A DNA stretch of 64,000 nt from Eledone cirrhosa (lineage: Eukaryota): assembly GCA_964016885.1 (NCBI GenBank), contig OZ024752.1, positions 15,190,001 through 15,254,000 of the forward strand. The letters are read 5' to 3'. Positions within the stretch are counted from its first letter, which is position 1. Every line of letters begins with the position of its first letter. A program made the position numbers and the translations under genes. The notes below the pieces were generated by a model. That model was not told the origin of the DNA. It searched no databases and worked only from the letters and a program-made list of their open reading frames with translations. Below are positions 1 to 13,239 of the stretch, piece by piece.

Positions 1-472
1 CTGAAGACAGACACTTTTCTCTTCGGCCAATGCCTCATCAACTTTTTCAAGTTTCACTTGAAAAGGAAGGTGAGGGTGGAGAGAGAAGTGCTGCCCCCAA
101 GTACATTTGCTGAAAGGTGGGTGAATGTGGCGAGAATGGCCCGTGTGAGGGGGCCTACTCTGGTCATGCGGCTGTAGGTAAGTAAATTTGAAGAGGAGAG
201 GGGTGCCCTTCCAGGGTTCTCCCGAACCGTCGGGTCGTTCAGGACTGGTGGGGTACCTGAGCGAACCCTAGGTGGTCATCCCCCCTATTGGGGAATTTTT
301 TCTTGTTGTAATTTTATTGTTACTTTATTGTTACTTTGTTATTGTTACTGTTATTGTTATTCACATTGTTTACTCGATTTTTGTGTAAAACCCCACTGTC
401 CCAGTCTTTTGTATTGTCCCCTATATGTCGGCCCTTGTGGCCAATAAATGAAATCATTATTATTATTATTAT
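1..472 (+). mobile_element. 3' end of an L1/Tx1-clade LINE (ORF2 tail, 3'UTR, (ATT)n tail)
   Basis: 1-177 is clearly similar to 5908-6085 (LINFFKFHLKRKVRVEREVL...RW). The 3'UTR resembles 6180-6330 and ends in AATAAA plus (ATT)n. Confidence 0.85.
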
Positions 473-1184
473 TGGTGACCTACGTAGTAAATCGTATCAT
501 CGTGAACTCCGCAAAGCTTTGTTATTTTCAGTTGTTCAAAATTGCCATTCATGGAAAATTTTATTGTTAACTGTATATAAGTGCACATACATTGTTATCT
601 GAAAAGGACACCCAAAAAGATTGGGGCCTTGAGCCCAAAATTTAAACTTTTATAATTATCAAACACAAATTTTTTTTTGAAACATCATGGCTGACTTAGA
701 GTCACTCCTTTCTCACAAACTAACGCCTCACACCGACACCACCATTGTAAATATTACTACGCTTGCCAACACTAACAAAAATATAAGCAGTAGCATTATT
801 TTAAATTTGTCTCACGCAGACATTCATTTCCAGCCATTACCAATGATTGCAGGTGTTAAAGCCGCCACCACCACCGCGACCCCCCCCCCCCTCCCCCACC
901 ACCACCGCGACAACCCCCACCCCCACCACCACCGCGACAACAGAAACAAAAGAAAAACATAAATTAACTCGTGATATCGAAATGAATTCAACCAAAATTA
1001 ACTATTCCACACCGAACACCACTGACGCCACCACCACCACAACTGAAACTAAAATTAATAACAAAAATAACGATAACAACAACAGCAACAATGACATTAA
1101 GAAAGCCACCTGAGTTTTGCCAGAGTAGCAAAACAGTGCGAAGCATTTCAGGTAACTCAGGAGGAATTAGAAGAAGCCAAAAAA

Positions 1185-2649
1185 ATGGTAAAGAAAGATG
1201 GGTACAGAGTCAGCCTCACCCCACCCCACCCCCCACACACACCTAATAAAATGGAGCATCGGCGCCTATGCACCGTCTCTTATCGAACAATTAATATAAG
1301 ATCGCGCCGAGTGGAACGGGCATCCGAGTCCCAAATCCCAAAAGCTTTGGGACATGTCTGGGCAAAAAAAACCCACATCAGACGTGGGCAGAAGTATGGA
1401 ACCGTGGATGTGTTCTTTGAAACACCACAGGAGGCTAGAGAACACTCCATGGCCCCATTAAGAAGTGACGACTTCACACTCGTCCCAAGCTATTGTGGCC
1501 AGAGACTCGAACAGATCAGGGTCACCCACGTTCAACCGGCCATCGACATTCCCTGGCTAATAGCTGCCGTCCTCGCCGGCATCGAAGCCAACACCAAGAT
1601 AATCGAAATAGCGAAAGAAAAGCAGGAGAACTGGTCCGGATCTGGGATGGAGCTCCTGATCCAAGCGGACAAAAAAAGCATTGAGGAGATCCCAGAGGTA
1701 ATAGACCTCACTGACGGCATCCACCTCACTGTAATTGTCGAGGGAAGAAGGCCTAGGTGTGTCGTTTGTGGTGAAGGAACCCACCTAAGGGCTTTCTGCC
1801 CTCAATCTAAAAGGTTGGGGCCACCTCTCCTACACACCCCAGTGACTCAAGCATCAACACCACCAGCAGCAGAGATGACAGAAACAACTGTAGGAGCAAC
1901 AACAGGAGCAACTGTAACAGTAACAACCCCAGCAACACTAGCAAAACCAACACCACCACCACCCAACGCGCCAGAACTAGCACCAGCGCCTACACCATCG
2001 ACCACGCCACAACCAAAACTAACGTCTGTGGAGGATTTTCCACTCCCCGGCCTATCACAACTGGAGACAGATTGTGACGACGAGGAGTGGGAAACGGTAT
2101 CAGAAAAAAAGAAACCAAAAAGGAAAAAATGATCTTCCTTCACCCTCCAAAAACAAAATACAGAGGGAAACAAATAAACTATGAAACAAACAAGTTAGGA
2201 CAGATATGCCACCATCCACACCAGCATCACCAACCCCATCACCACCAACACCATCACCATCATTAACCCCAACACCACCATCACCAACACCAAAAAGCGA
2301 AACAGAAACAAACCCACAACAAACACAAACAAAACAAAACAACCAAAACGATACACACTACACAGCATTAAATTTTAACAACAACCAATTATTACACTAC
2401 ATCCAAGACAACAGCAGCATCACCGAAAAAGACTACACAACAACCCAAAAGTTCACACCACCTCCACACATACAAATCACTCGCATCACACAGAAAACGT
2501 ACATGACACTAAAACAAAAATTCTCCAAAGACATCGGAGACTTCCGACAAGCACTCTCCAGGAGGATTTATAAGGACATCCTTCCTGAGGAGGCCACAAG
2601 CATTGAAAAGTATGGAGAAACCGTCCTTCCTCTACGAGAAATAAGGTAA
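1185..2649 (+). pseudogene. LINE ORF1 (gag-like, CCHC zinc knuckle), frameshifted
   Basis: CVVCGEGTHLRAFC fits CX2CX4HX4C. It is followed by a Pro/Thr-rich linker and WETVSEKKKPKRKK, and continues in 2206-2649 just upstream of the ORF2 start. Confidence 0.75.
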
Positions 2650-2683
2650 GTGGTCTTTCCCATCTTTTCCACTCCATTTCCAC

Positions 2684-5600
2684 ATGACCTCATTCAGAAT
2701 AGGCCGCATAAATGCGCGTGGCTTGGGGTCGTCATGGAAGCAGGGCCACCTGCTCAATGATCTCAGGTCACTAAAGATAGATGTAGTGGCCATCAGCGAA
2801 ACCAGAATCTCCGAAGCACGGGCCTTCGCACCGATCTTCGGCGGCTACGATGTGTACGCATCTCGCAGCCGTCTGGGATCGGGGGTAGGAGTTGCTGTGC
2901 TTTTTCGGAGAGGTTTGGATCTCGCCATACGCGCCATCTTCCTGGACCCAGAAGGTAAGTTGGTGGTGCTGGACGTAACCAGCGGAGACGGGCAAGCTTT
3001 CAGGCTAGTGGCCGTCTATGCCCCGACAGGAGCATGGCGGCCTGATTTCTTCCGGCGTCTGGAGACCTTTCTTGGAACGTCCCGCCCTTTAGTGTTGTTA
3101 GTGGGCGACTGGAACGGGATCTTAGATGCACGCTGGGAATATGTGGGATTAGCGGATAAGGGAGGAGGGTGCAAGAGTCTCACCAATCTGCTCAGGCGTT
3201 TTGAACTGTCTGACAGGTACCGATTGGATTTTCCGAATGTGCCAATGTGGACTTGTACAAATCGCATAGGGTCATCCAGATCATATCTAGATAGAGTATT
3301 TTGTAGGGAAATAGATAGGTCTAGCATAGGCTGTCCACAATTCGAGATAGTCAGCTACACGGACCACAAATTCGTGATCTGTGTGCTTGAGTTAGATAGG
3401 CTTCATAGACGAGGACCCGGCTAATGGAAGCTAAACGCGTCCTTACCAGCGCGTAAGGGCTACAGAGACCGGATTAGCGAACTAGTTAAGCGGGCGTTGA
3501 CGGGGGCCATCGTCAACAACAAGTGGTGCTTAGCTCTGAAAAGAGCAATTAGAATAGAGTCCATTAGGTTTAGTAAGGCTTTAGCAATAGAGAAAAATAG
3601 AGCAGAGGGAGAATTAGTTAGAAAATTAGACGAGGCGCTTAGCAAAGGCATCGCGACCGACGTACTTGCGACGAAATTGGCCATTGACCAATTCTTCAAT
3701 GCAAAGCACGAAGGCTGCGTTGTCAGAGCTAGGGTGCGTGCTCTCAGACACGAGGGGACGAAAGCCGTTCAATGGGCCCGAGAAGCGGAGGCGCGTCGTG
3801 GAAACAAAGCCACGATCCGGTCTTTTGTGGACAATGACGGGCGCATGCTACTCGATCCCGGGCAAATGTGTGAAGCTTTCCAGCGATACTTCGCCCAGCT
3901 GTTCGGGTGAGCGGCGGGCCGAATCAATGGATGGACTGCCGCAGATCTCGGCCACTGAGGCGGAGTGTTGCGAAAAGCCGATAACAGCCGCTGAAGTACG
4001 GGAGGCAATGACTGGCTGCACAAGGGGTAAATCGCCTGGTTTGGATGGTCTGCCCTATGAACTTTACGTACAAATGCCAGACTAGTTCGGAGGCCTCTTG
4101 GCGGACGTCTACTGCAACTGGCAACAGAACGGAAGAATTCCCAGCTCTGTGAGCCGAGGAGCTGGGGCGCTGCTGAGAAAGGATCCGAACAAGGGGGATA
4201 ATATAGATAATTTCAGGCCCATAACTCTGCTAAACACAGAGTTCAAGATTTTGGCCAAGGTGCTAGCAAAGAGGTTGGCGCTTGTGGTTGGTGGTCTGGT
4301 GGGAGAGGCGCAGACATGCGCCATTCCCGACAAATCCATCCACGACAACCTCCACCTCATGCGATACATCGTAGAGAGAGTAGCTAGGGAACCTGGCACG
4401 GGTGGGTCCTTGATCAATTTAGATCAGTCGAAAGCATTCGATAGGGTCGACCATCGTTACCTAGCGGCAGTCCTGAGGGCGGCTGTCTTTGGGCCCGTCT
4501 TCAGAGGCTGGATCGCTGCCATGCACAGCGACATCTGCTCTGTGGTGAGAGGGAACGGTCACCTTTCGGAACCGTTCAACACCATGCGCTCGGTCCGCCA
4601 AGGATGTCCCTTCTCGTCCCTCTTGTACGTATTGACTCTCGAGCCATTACTGCACAAACTGGAGACGTTGAGGGGCGTCCCGCGCGAACTAGGATGCGGA
4701 AGATCTGTGTCAGCATATGCGGACGATGTCACCGTAGTGGTGTCGAACGCCAAACACATCGAGGCGATCGGCACTACAATAAGAGAATACGAAGCGGTGA
4801 CAGGAGCAATGATCAACCAGGAAAAGTCAGTGGGCCTGCAGCTCGGCACTGGAGAGGCAGGTCCATGCCGTCCAACAGCGTCGTCGGGCGCTGGACGGAC
4901 GGACTGGTTAAATTGCTAGGGGTCTGGTACGATCCGGACCTCCAGACGGACAAAAACTGGGACGAGGTGACGAGCAGGGTGGATTCTCTCACCCAGAAAT
5001 GGGCGGAACGGAAGCTATCCCTGAAAGGTCGAGCGGAGGTGGCTAACGCGTACATCGCGTCCGTCATCTACTACCGCCTGACCGTCGTACCTTGTCCTAA
5101 GCCCCGCCTGACTGCGCTGGAGCGTTTGCTCTTTCGCTTTTTGTGGAAGGGACGCGCTCCGATGGTCAGGCGGTCCATCTGCTGTCAACACCCGCTACGT
5201 GGAGGGCTGGGCATGCCGTGACTGATGATGCGCAGACACCACGCGCTCAGGCTACGGCATCTCCACCTCTTCCTCGACGGTGATCAGGTGTGGTCACCGT
5301 TTGCTAGACACGTCTTTCCTCAGCTCGTCTCCTTGACGGAGCTGCAGTCCTGGGTCAAGCAAAGACTGAGAGGGAGCGCTTGGAGACTGGAATGTCTTCA
5401 GGCGCTCACAGCCCTCGACCAATCGGGCAATGTGATCGGTGGAAACTCCACCTTGGCGTTCTATAGGGTATTAGTGGAGGGGAAGAGCGACGACGTACTT
5501 AGAGAAACTCTAGGCGTCGACGAAAATCAACTAGCCAATCTCTTCGGAAGGACTTTCGGGCCGGGGCCTATGGACAACTTCCAGAAATCCCTGGCCTGGC

Positions 5601-6085
5601 AGTGCTACCGGGGTGCTTTGCCAGTTCGGGATAAACTCTACAGGCATGGAGGTGCCGTCAGCCAGGCATGTCCGAGATGCGCGCAGGGCGACGAAACCGT
5701 CTTGCACGCACTCGTCCAGTGTCCGAACATTGCTGACTTGTAGGTTTATGTCGAACACCTGCTGTCACGTGTAGGACGGATCAAGCTATCAGCTGAGTCC
5801 ATCGTGAGGATTGCCCTGCCCTCTTCCTTTAGCCGGGAAGGGCAGGCTGTTTTTATCTGTCTGGTGGCCATGGCGAAAGAGATAGTATGGTGGACACGTT
5901 TGAAAGGGCCGAAGACGAGCACTTACCTCTTCGGTGATGCCCTGATTAACTTTTTCAAATTTCATTTGAAAAGGAAAATCAGGGTAGAGAGGGAAGTGCT
6001 CTCTTCCCAGCATTTTGTTGAAAGATGGGTGAGAGAAGCAAGAATGGCCCGAGTGATTGGGCCTACTCTGAGTATGTGTCTGTAA
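2684..6085 (+). pseudogene. LINE ORF2 (APE endonuclease, reverse transcriptase, zf-RVT-like), with stops and frameshifts
   Basis: APE motifs INARGL, ISET, VYAP, GDWN, YLDRVF, TDH. RT motifs KSPGLDGL, FRPITLLN, DQSKAFDRVDH, VRQGCP, YADD. C-terminal CPRC...ETVLHALVQC. Confidence 0.93.
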
Positions 6086-6330
6086 ATTAAAGGTGGAAAA
6101 CTGGGAAGGGCACTTGCCCTGGTGGTCAGGGTCATTGTGGTCTTTTAATGGGCTTTCTCCACAAATGTCCCTCGGAAGTCTCCGCCCTATTGGGGAATTT
6201 TTTCATTGTTATTTTTATTACATCCTCTGTTTTTTTTTACACGCAGAAATGCCCATTTGTACCGTCCTGTATTGTCCTGTACTGTCCTTAATGTCTACTT
6301 TATGTAAACCCTTGTGGTTAATAAAGAAAA

Positions 6331-6364
<34 letters not shown>

Positions 6365-6446
6365 TTTACTAGTAGTAGTATGTAACTGTATGTATGTCGG
6401 GTCACTCTTGAGTGCTACTGGTAACAAGTAACCCAGTACAACCTGT

Positions 6447-6590
6447 CGCATGGTCGGGTCGTCGGCGACTAAACCGGCAAACCCACCAAGTTAACTTGGT
6501 GAGGAGGGTGATTTTGGACACCCTGCAGGACAAAAACAAAACCTGACAAAGGGCGGAAAAACTTATAAGAGTTAACGGCCATCCCAAAGT
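6447..6590 (+). mobile_element. 5'UTR fragment of an RTE-family LINE
   Basis: Matches the 5' end of 56795-57336 and 39441-39535 (GGTCGGGTCG..GGCGACTAAA; TTGGTGAGGAGGGTGA..TTGGACA.CCTGCAGGAC). Confidence 0.75.
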
Positions 6591-6631
6591 GTGTAAATAT
6601 GTATATTCACATCTACATGTGTATGTATATG

Positions 6632-6985
6632 CGCGGGGACATAGAAATAGTCGGGCTGGACACCCGATGGCGCGGTTAAACCCACTGGGAGTTAAGGACC
6701 CTTAGCCTTTGTCAGCGCATTCTTCTAGGAGAAGGCAACTCAGGAAACTGGGATAACTCCGATATAAAACCTGCGGCTCAGTAGTTACCGATGATGTTGA
6801 TCTTTTCTTATTTTCGGGTTATAGCTACCGTCGCGCAGAGAGTGGGATTGGCTCAGTACACAGTCTTTCCTCACTTTAAAAAATATCTTCACGCACAGTC
6901 ATTGCACGATAGAATTAATTAATAATTATTAATAATGCTATATCGTGCAATAGCCATACTCGATAGCGAGGGGGCAACCATCGTG
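6632..6985 (+). mobile_element. Short non-autonomous RTE derivative (5'UTR part joined to an RTE-type 3' end)
   Basis: GACCCTTAGCCTTTGTC..TCTAGGAGAAGG and GAGTGGGA.TGGCT match 39550-39740. It ends GCCATACTCGA..CAACCAT, like the RTE 3' end at 42960-42990. Confidence 0.6.
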
Positions 6986-7833
6986 TATGTATGTATGCAT
7001 GTGCCCCACTACATTTAACGGGTTGGTAGAGAAGACTTACTGAAGAGCAAAATTGCTACTATATTATGATGTATTATATTTTACAGCATCATAATAACAG
7101 TTATGTAAGCATAATTATAATGCGACTTTTACTCCTGTAATTCTCTAAGAACATCAGTTACCAACACGGAATTCTGTGGCGGACAATGATCAGGTGTTTA
7201 TTTTTATTGTCACATCCTAGAGATCTATATTTCAAAGACCAAATATAAAAAGAACTCTAGCCAATCCAAACGTCGCCAGTCTATTTTTGCTGTTACAATA
7301 CGACACTGCTTCCCACTTTTCTCATCAGTAATACAAAAACACTTTACATCAGAATCTTGCTATTATGTACATGAGAAAATGTAAGATCAATGTCAGCAGA
7401 AGAAGTGTGATGATAAATATCAGTTTCTTCTTAACGAATGCTATAACCGTGATCGCTAGATAAATTCTGAAAAATAAAGTTTTGAAATCGCTGATCGTGG
7501 AAATAATATAATTATTAGATTAAGCTACTAAAGTCTGTAACAAATAGAATTTCAACACTTAATGGTGTATGTACGGATATGTATTTAAAACGAAATGGAA
7601 GGCATTTACCATTTTCTACTATACAGAATAATTACCTGTCTCGTAATGTTACAATACAGCGGTTCATGAAATGAAACCAAGCTGAAGTATGATAAAATTT
7701 AATATAGTTATTTAAAATAAACTATACACTATTCGGGAAAGGGAAGAACACCTGAGCGAAGATTTATCATTAATCATTAACGGTGAAAACAAAGTAAACG
7801 TGAGCAAATTATATATATATGTATATATATATA

Positions 7834-8155
7834 AAATAACAGGAGGCTGGACTGGTGTAATTCCTTGAAAGGTTTATTATACCATCATCATTTCAATGAC
7901 CGGGTTCAGTATGAATCCGGTGATATTATCAGGTATTCAAAATATAACAAAGGAATATAACAGATAAAATCCATGGGGCTGAAAATCAGAGACAAGAGGA
8001 CGACCGACTATTTAGCAGCTTCTACCTCAGTCGGCCGCCCTCGAGTATTTTGAATACCTGATGATATCACGGATTCATACTGAACCCGGTCATTGAAATG
8101 ATCATGGTATAATAAACCTTTCAAGGATTTACACCAGTCCAGCCTCCTGTTATTT
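7834..8155. repeat. Inverted repeat (~110-bp arms) carrying degenerate hammerhead motifs
   Basis: 7834-7944 is the reverse complement of 8046-8155, with few mismatches. Flanked by TA tracts. Confidence 0.85.
8054..8110 (+). ncRNA. Hammerhead-like motif (non-canonical G at the cleavage position)
   Basis: atac CTGATGA [stem II cggattca-tac-tgaacccg] GAAA TGATCA TG gtat. Confidence 0.45.
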
Positions 8156-8385
8156 GATAATAATTAACTCCGTACTCGCACCACCAACTACGCAAACGAA
8201 GACGGGTGAGTTGCATTACGTTGAGTGCTCTCCATAATATTACATCGAGATTAACCATACGGAATAACCAGTTCTATCCAATGGTGAACCAACAAACCTA
8301 AATATATATATATATATATATAAAATATTAAACAAATAATGAATAAAACAATGAAACAGTTCCTTATATTAAACAAAAAAAGTTC

Positions 8386-8534
8386 ATTATTTAACGATCG
8401 TTTCTAGGATATATATGTGTTAGAATTGGCATGCATATTCAACAGATCTATGTACAAAATTATACAAAATTATACAAACTATCAAGATTAAATATACATA
8501 CCAAACACACATATATGCCGTCTTCAGAAATAAT
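8386..8534 (-). ncRNA. Type I hammerhead ribozyme with a ~115-nt extended stem II
   Basis: Minus strand: attattt CTGAAGA [long G-U-rich hairpin] GAAA CGATCG TT aaataat. Stem I is a perfect 7 bp and is enclosed by a further ~50-bp perfect IR (8322-8373/8534-8585). Confidence 0.7.
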
Positions 8535-8718
8535 TTAATATAAGGAACTGTTTCATTGTTTTATTCATTATTTGTTTAATATTTTATCTTGACTCTGTAT
8601 TCCGTTTATCTTTCACCGAAAGTGATTTTTCATTACATCTCTTCTTTCCATGATATCCGGAATACATTGAGTTCTTCATACGGATTGGACACTACCGTAA
8701 ACTCTTGGTAGATTTATC

Positions 8719-8753
<35 letters not shown>

Positions 8754-9094
8754 ATAATAATAAATGTGAATACTAAAATCTGTAGAGGGCTCGATAAGGA
8801 TGATATATATATAAAAATATATAAAAACCATAGAGCAAATATTTATTAAAATAACAGATTAGAGTTTAAGCAAAGAATCGCTGATTTCACCCATAACGGG
8901 ATCTCATGAAACTCATGAGTTTAAAAATATCCCGTTAATGGTGACAGCAGTGATTCATTGCTTAAACTTTAATCTGTTATTGTTATATATATATAGATAT
9001 AGATACACAATGAGATAATATGGTTTGTTGATTATTCAACAAAGTTAATTTTACAACAGATTAGAAGCACTCTATAAAATTTATCTGGAGTATC

Positions 9095-9395
9095 ATTAAT
9101 ATTAATAATATTAATAAAATGAAAATATCTTTATAAACCATATTTATTTTATTATACGTATTTCAGGTTTAACATTATCATCATTAACATATATCCCTTG
9201 AGTTTTGAACCTTTCATTTCACTATCTTCATTGGACTTATACCATTAAGTTCACATGAAGATATGTCACTATCTTAACACCAAATATTATATTTACCTGA
9301 CAAAAGCATACTTAAATATTAGTACCCTTGAAATAAGTATAATAAAATAAATATGGATTTATAAATATATTTTCCATTTATTAATATTATTAATA
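9095..9395. repeat. Inverted repeat with a degenerate HHR (9290-9348, +) of the GAAATACGTATA family
   Basis: Arms ~9095-9165 and ~9328-9395. The right arm has CTGACAA..GAAATAAGTATAataaaataaatatgg, the same 3' flank as the HHRs at 20874 and 55488. Confidence 0.65.
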
Positions 9396-9449
9396 TATAC
9401 ATATACACATATATATATATATATATAATTTTATTTCAATTTTTTTCTG

Positions 9450-10019
9450 GTTATCGTGTATTTTCCGTTTGATTTATAGATTATATTCTTCATACCAACT
9501 GGTTTTCACACCTCGTAATTTTAAACACACATCTTTCTGTTTTTATTTCTATATATTATATTATAAAACGCTCGGTTTTTATAGTTTGAGCTTATTAATT
9601 ACAGAGTATTAATATGAGTATCTAACTCTGCTTTTCATTTGAATTTAGTTCCGTTGTTTGTTAAGCTTATAAGTTGACATTTCTAGCCGTTTAACAATCC
9701 ACTCACGCCACTTTGAACTGCCTGTCGCACGAGGTATTTTATTCCATTGTGTGATATTTAGTTACCTGCTTAACCTTCGGTATTTGTGGCATATCATACT
9801 AACTCCTCTTGAGAATCCTTGAGATTTTCTGTTACAAACACAAATTTTACGGCGAAACAGTACATTTGTAATCTGTCCAGCAGTTTAATAGTTATTGAAA
9901 TGGTTAGTACATTTTAATTAAATTGTTTCCATGTTATCATGTATTTTCCGTTTGTTTCGTGGATTATGTTCTTCATACCAATTTCAGCCCTCGTAATTTT
10001 AAACACACATTTTTCTGTG

Positions 10020-10030
<11 letters not shown>
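9450..10030. repeat. Diverged ~100-bp direct repeat bounding a ~480-bp unit between TA tracts
   Basis: TGTATTTTCCGTTTG..TTCTTCATACCAA..CCTCGTAATTTTAAACACACAT..TTTATTTCTATA occurs at ~9455-9552 and ~9938-10031. Confidence 0.7.
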
Positions 10031-10110
<80 letters not shown>

Positions 10111-10132
10111 GCAGGGAGAAAGAGACGATTAT

Positions 10133-10181
<49 letters not shown>

Positions 10182-10186
<5 letters not shown>

Positions 10187-10318
10187 GTTTCTCTTTTTGG
10201 CACAAGGCCAGCAATTATACCAGTGCATTACTGGTACTTTATTTTATCGACCTCGTAAGGATAAAAGGCAAAGTTCACCTCGGCAGGATTTGAACTCAGA
10301 TCGTAAAGGCACGTAATT
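10182..10318 (-). mobile_element. tRNA-derived SINE (5'-truncated)
   Basis: Same family as 22693-22878. B-box GAGTTCAAATCC on the minus strand. Confidence 0.85.
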
Positions 10319-10748
10319 GTTATTATGACTGAATTATGTTGTTAAACTCCATTGCACCTGTCTGTAATCATTGGCTATGCAACACGTGCATTTAAACTTT
10401 TTAAAATGAATTTTTTAAATGTATTTTTAATTATATTTTTAAATATATTTTTCAAAAAATATTTTTGGAGATATATTTTAAATTTATCTTTGAATTGCAT
10501 ACTTTCTCTTATTAACTTTATTTCCTTTCTTAGCTATTTATGATATAGGATTTTCACTACACTTAATTTATCTGTAACCGCATGTTTCTTATAATTTTTA
10601 TTGCATTTATCTGCTCCTATTCTTCATACGTTTTTTTCTGCCTCAGTTACCTTATATATAAATGTCAATGCTTATGCTTATCTAACCACTCATATTATGT
10701 TCTTGTGACAAAGTTTTGATCTCATATTTGTGTTTGACTTTTGTTAAA

Positions 10749-10795
10749 AACTCCGATTATTCCGGCCTTCTGCTAGGATGAAACGATCGTCAGTT
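10749..10795 (+). ncRNA. Degenerate type I hammerhead motif
   Basis: aact CCGATTA ttcc..gga t GAAA CGATCG TC agtt. The core CUGANGA carries two substitutions. Confidence 0.45.
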
Positions 10796-10838
10796 ATCAA
10801 ATGTTGGAAAGATGAAACACTCTTTGATTGTCATTTAA

Positions 10839-10919
<81 letters not shown>

Positions 10920-12194
10920 TGCATTACATAATTCGGAGAGAGATTCAGCGCAAAGGATAATCATATTTTACAACGTTCAGCCAACCATTCGAAATGTAAT
11001 TATTCAATAACTCTTTATAAAGTCTGCATACACCAAAAACTCAAGCAATAAACTCTAAGAGATTCATATCAATTAATCATTTGTGTGTTAAATATCGGAT
11101 ATAGAGGAAATTGGATGATTTTTAGTAGCCACTGTTAAATACCAGCATGCTCTTTTTTTCTGTAATGGATAAAACTCTGAAGCAGAGGGCGCTGAGGCCG
11201 TGAGGGAAGGGGGCGTTAGAGATGATATGATAGTAGATTAAATATCAAATGATACATATTGTATATGAATATAGTAAAATATAAAATATATACGCGTAAT
11301 ATTTATTTATACATTGTATATGTTATATTATTTATTATATATGTTTATTAACGATATTATTTATTATATATTATTTACAATTTACGTGTAGATAGGTCTT
11401 TCTGGAAATAAGGGTGGGGGCCATTGAAGGTATTACGTGGCTGTGAGGGAGTGGAGGTGGTGGTCTAAAGAGTTTGAGAAATTCTGCTCTAAAGTGTAAA
11501 TATATCAGACGAGTTATACTATCCAAGTTATCTGCTGGTTTACCAATGAACAAAATTAACCAGTAATGGAAGCTAAAAAGAAAATTAACAAAATGCTGAA
11601 GACATAGATAAGATTTGTTGTATCAATTTGAAGGAAATTAGTTAGCCAAGTGAAATTTTGGCTAAATTACAAAATATAGTCTGAAAGAGAGACGTATATC
11701 TTATTGATATAAATACATCTCCTTCACACTAAAACCTATCAATCAAAGTCGTCGTAAAATATATACCTTCAAACATCTACAACATTTACGGACAGGAAGA
11801 ATTTCGACTATGATCATACTATCACGCTATATAATAGCAGGAATTTAGTCGATAATAAGTAAAACGTAATAAACCATAAAATAATCACCAAGAAACCACA
11901 CAGAATAGCTCTTTTCGTAATTAACCGCATATTTTCAAAGATCATGCATACAGAAGAAAAAAATATCAGACAAAACAGATGATATTTAATCATATATTTT
12001 CTCTTGATTTCTTTCCACATTTCTACTTGGTATTACACACATAAACACATACACACTGTCGCCTTCATCTACATAAAGCTGGAGAGCGAAATACTGGAAT
12101 ATAGCCATTACCGTATATTTATTACAAACATCTAGATTGTCGGGAAGTCAAGAACAATAGAAGGAAAAATGAGATTTACAGTTAAAAACAGTGC

Positions 12195-12197
12195 ATG

Positions 12198-12254
<57 letters not shown>

Positions 12255-12371
12255 ATGTATACATGTATATATATATATGTGTGTATATATGTATATGTAT
12301 ATATGTATATATATATGTGTGTATATATATATATATATGTATGTATATATATATATATATATATATGTGCG

Positions 12372-12406
<35 letters not shown>

Positions 12407-12437
12407 GTATATATATGTATGTATATATATATATATA

Positions 12438-12486
<49 letters not shown>

Positions 12487-12629
12487 ATATGTATATATAT
12501 ATATGTGTGTGTATATATATATACACGTATGTATATGTATATATATATATGTATATATATATATGTATATACATATATATATACACACACACACACATAT
12601 ATATAAACACACACACATACATATACACA

Positions 12630-12660
<31 letters not shown>

Positions 12661-12962
12661 GTATATGTATATATATTTGTGTGTATATATATATGTATAT
12701 ATATCTGTGTGTGTTTGTGTGTGTGTGTATGGGTGGTTTGTGCGTGTAACTGAGCGCGTGTGTGTATATACGCACACATATGTATATATACCTGTGTGTG
12801 TTTGTGTGTGTGTGTATGGGTGGTTTGTGTGTGTGCGTGTAACTGAGCGCGTGTGTGTATATACGCACACATATATATATCTGTGTGTGTTTGTGTATGG
12901 GTGGTTTGTGTGTGTGCGTGTAACTGAGCGTGTGTGTGTATATACGCACACATAATAACACA
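12195..12962. repeat. (TA)n/(TG)n compound microsatellite with a ~70-bp minisatellite
   Basis: GTATGGGTGGTTTGTG..GTAACTGAGCG repeats three times at 12700-12950. Confidence 0.9.
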
Positions 12963-13239
12963 TACCTGTGGGTGTGCATGTATGGCTGTTAAGATAAAAA
13001 ATCTTAATAATATTAATAATGATGATGATGATGATTTAGGAAGCAAGTCTCTTCATTAAAACCTGAAAGATTTAGTGATCGGCTCTAGTGTTGTTGATAT
13101 TAGCTTGAAACGAAGTATTGAGTTCTACACAGTGATTAAAGCTATATACCACACTGGTGAAAATACTGTGTGGGATTAATATAGAAATTACAAAACATTA
13201 CATCTTTGTGGACGTAACTAAATATCACAATATAACCTA

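Larger units (their letters stand above)
473..6363 (+). mobile_element. Near full-length decayed L1/Tx1-clade non-LTR retrotransposon
   Basis: ORF1 with a zinc knuckle, then ORF2 with APE, RT and a C-terminal Cys motif, then AATAAA and a (TTA)n tail at 6333-6363. The 5' boundary is approximate. Confidence 0.9.

Noticed and set aside
13055-13125. HHR-like CTGAAAGA..GAAACGAAGTA with a plausible stem II
   Set aside because: The core has an extra base and there is no convincing stem I.
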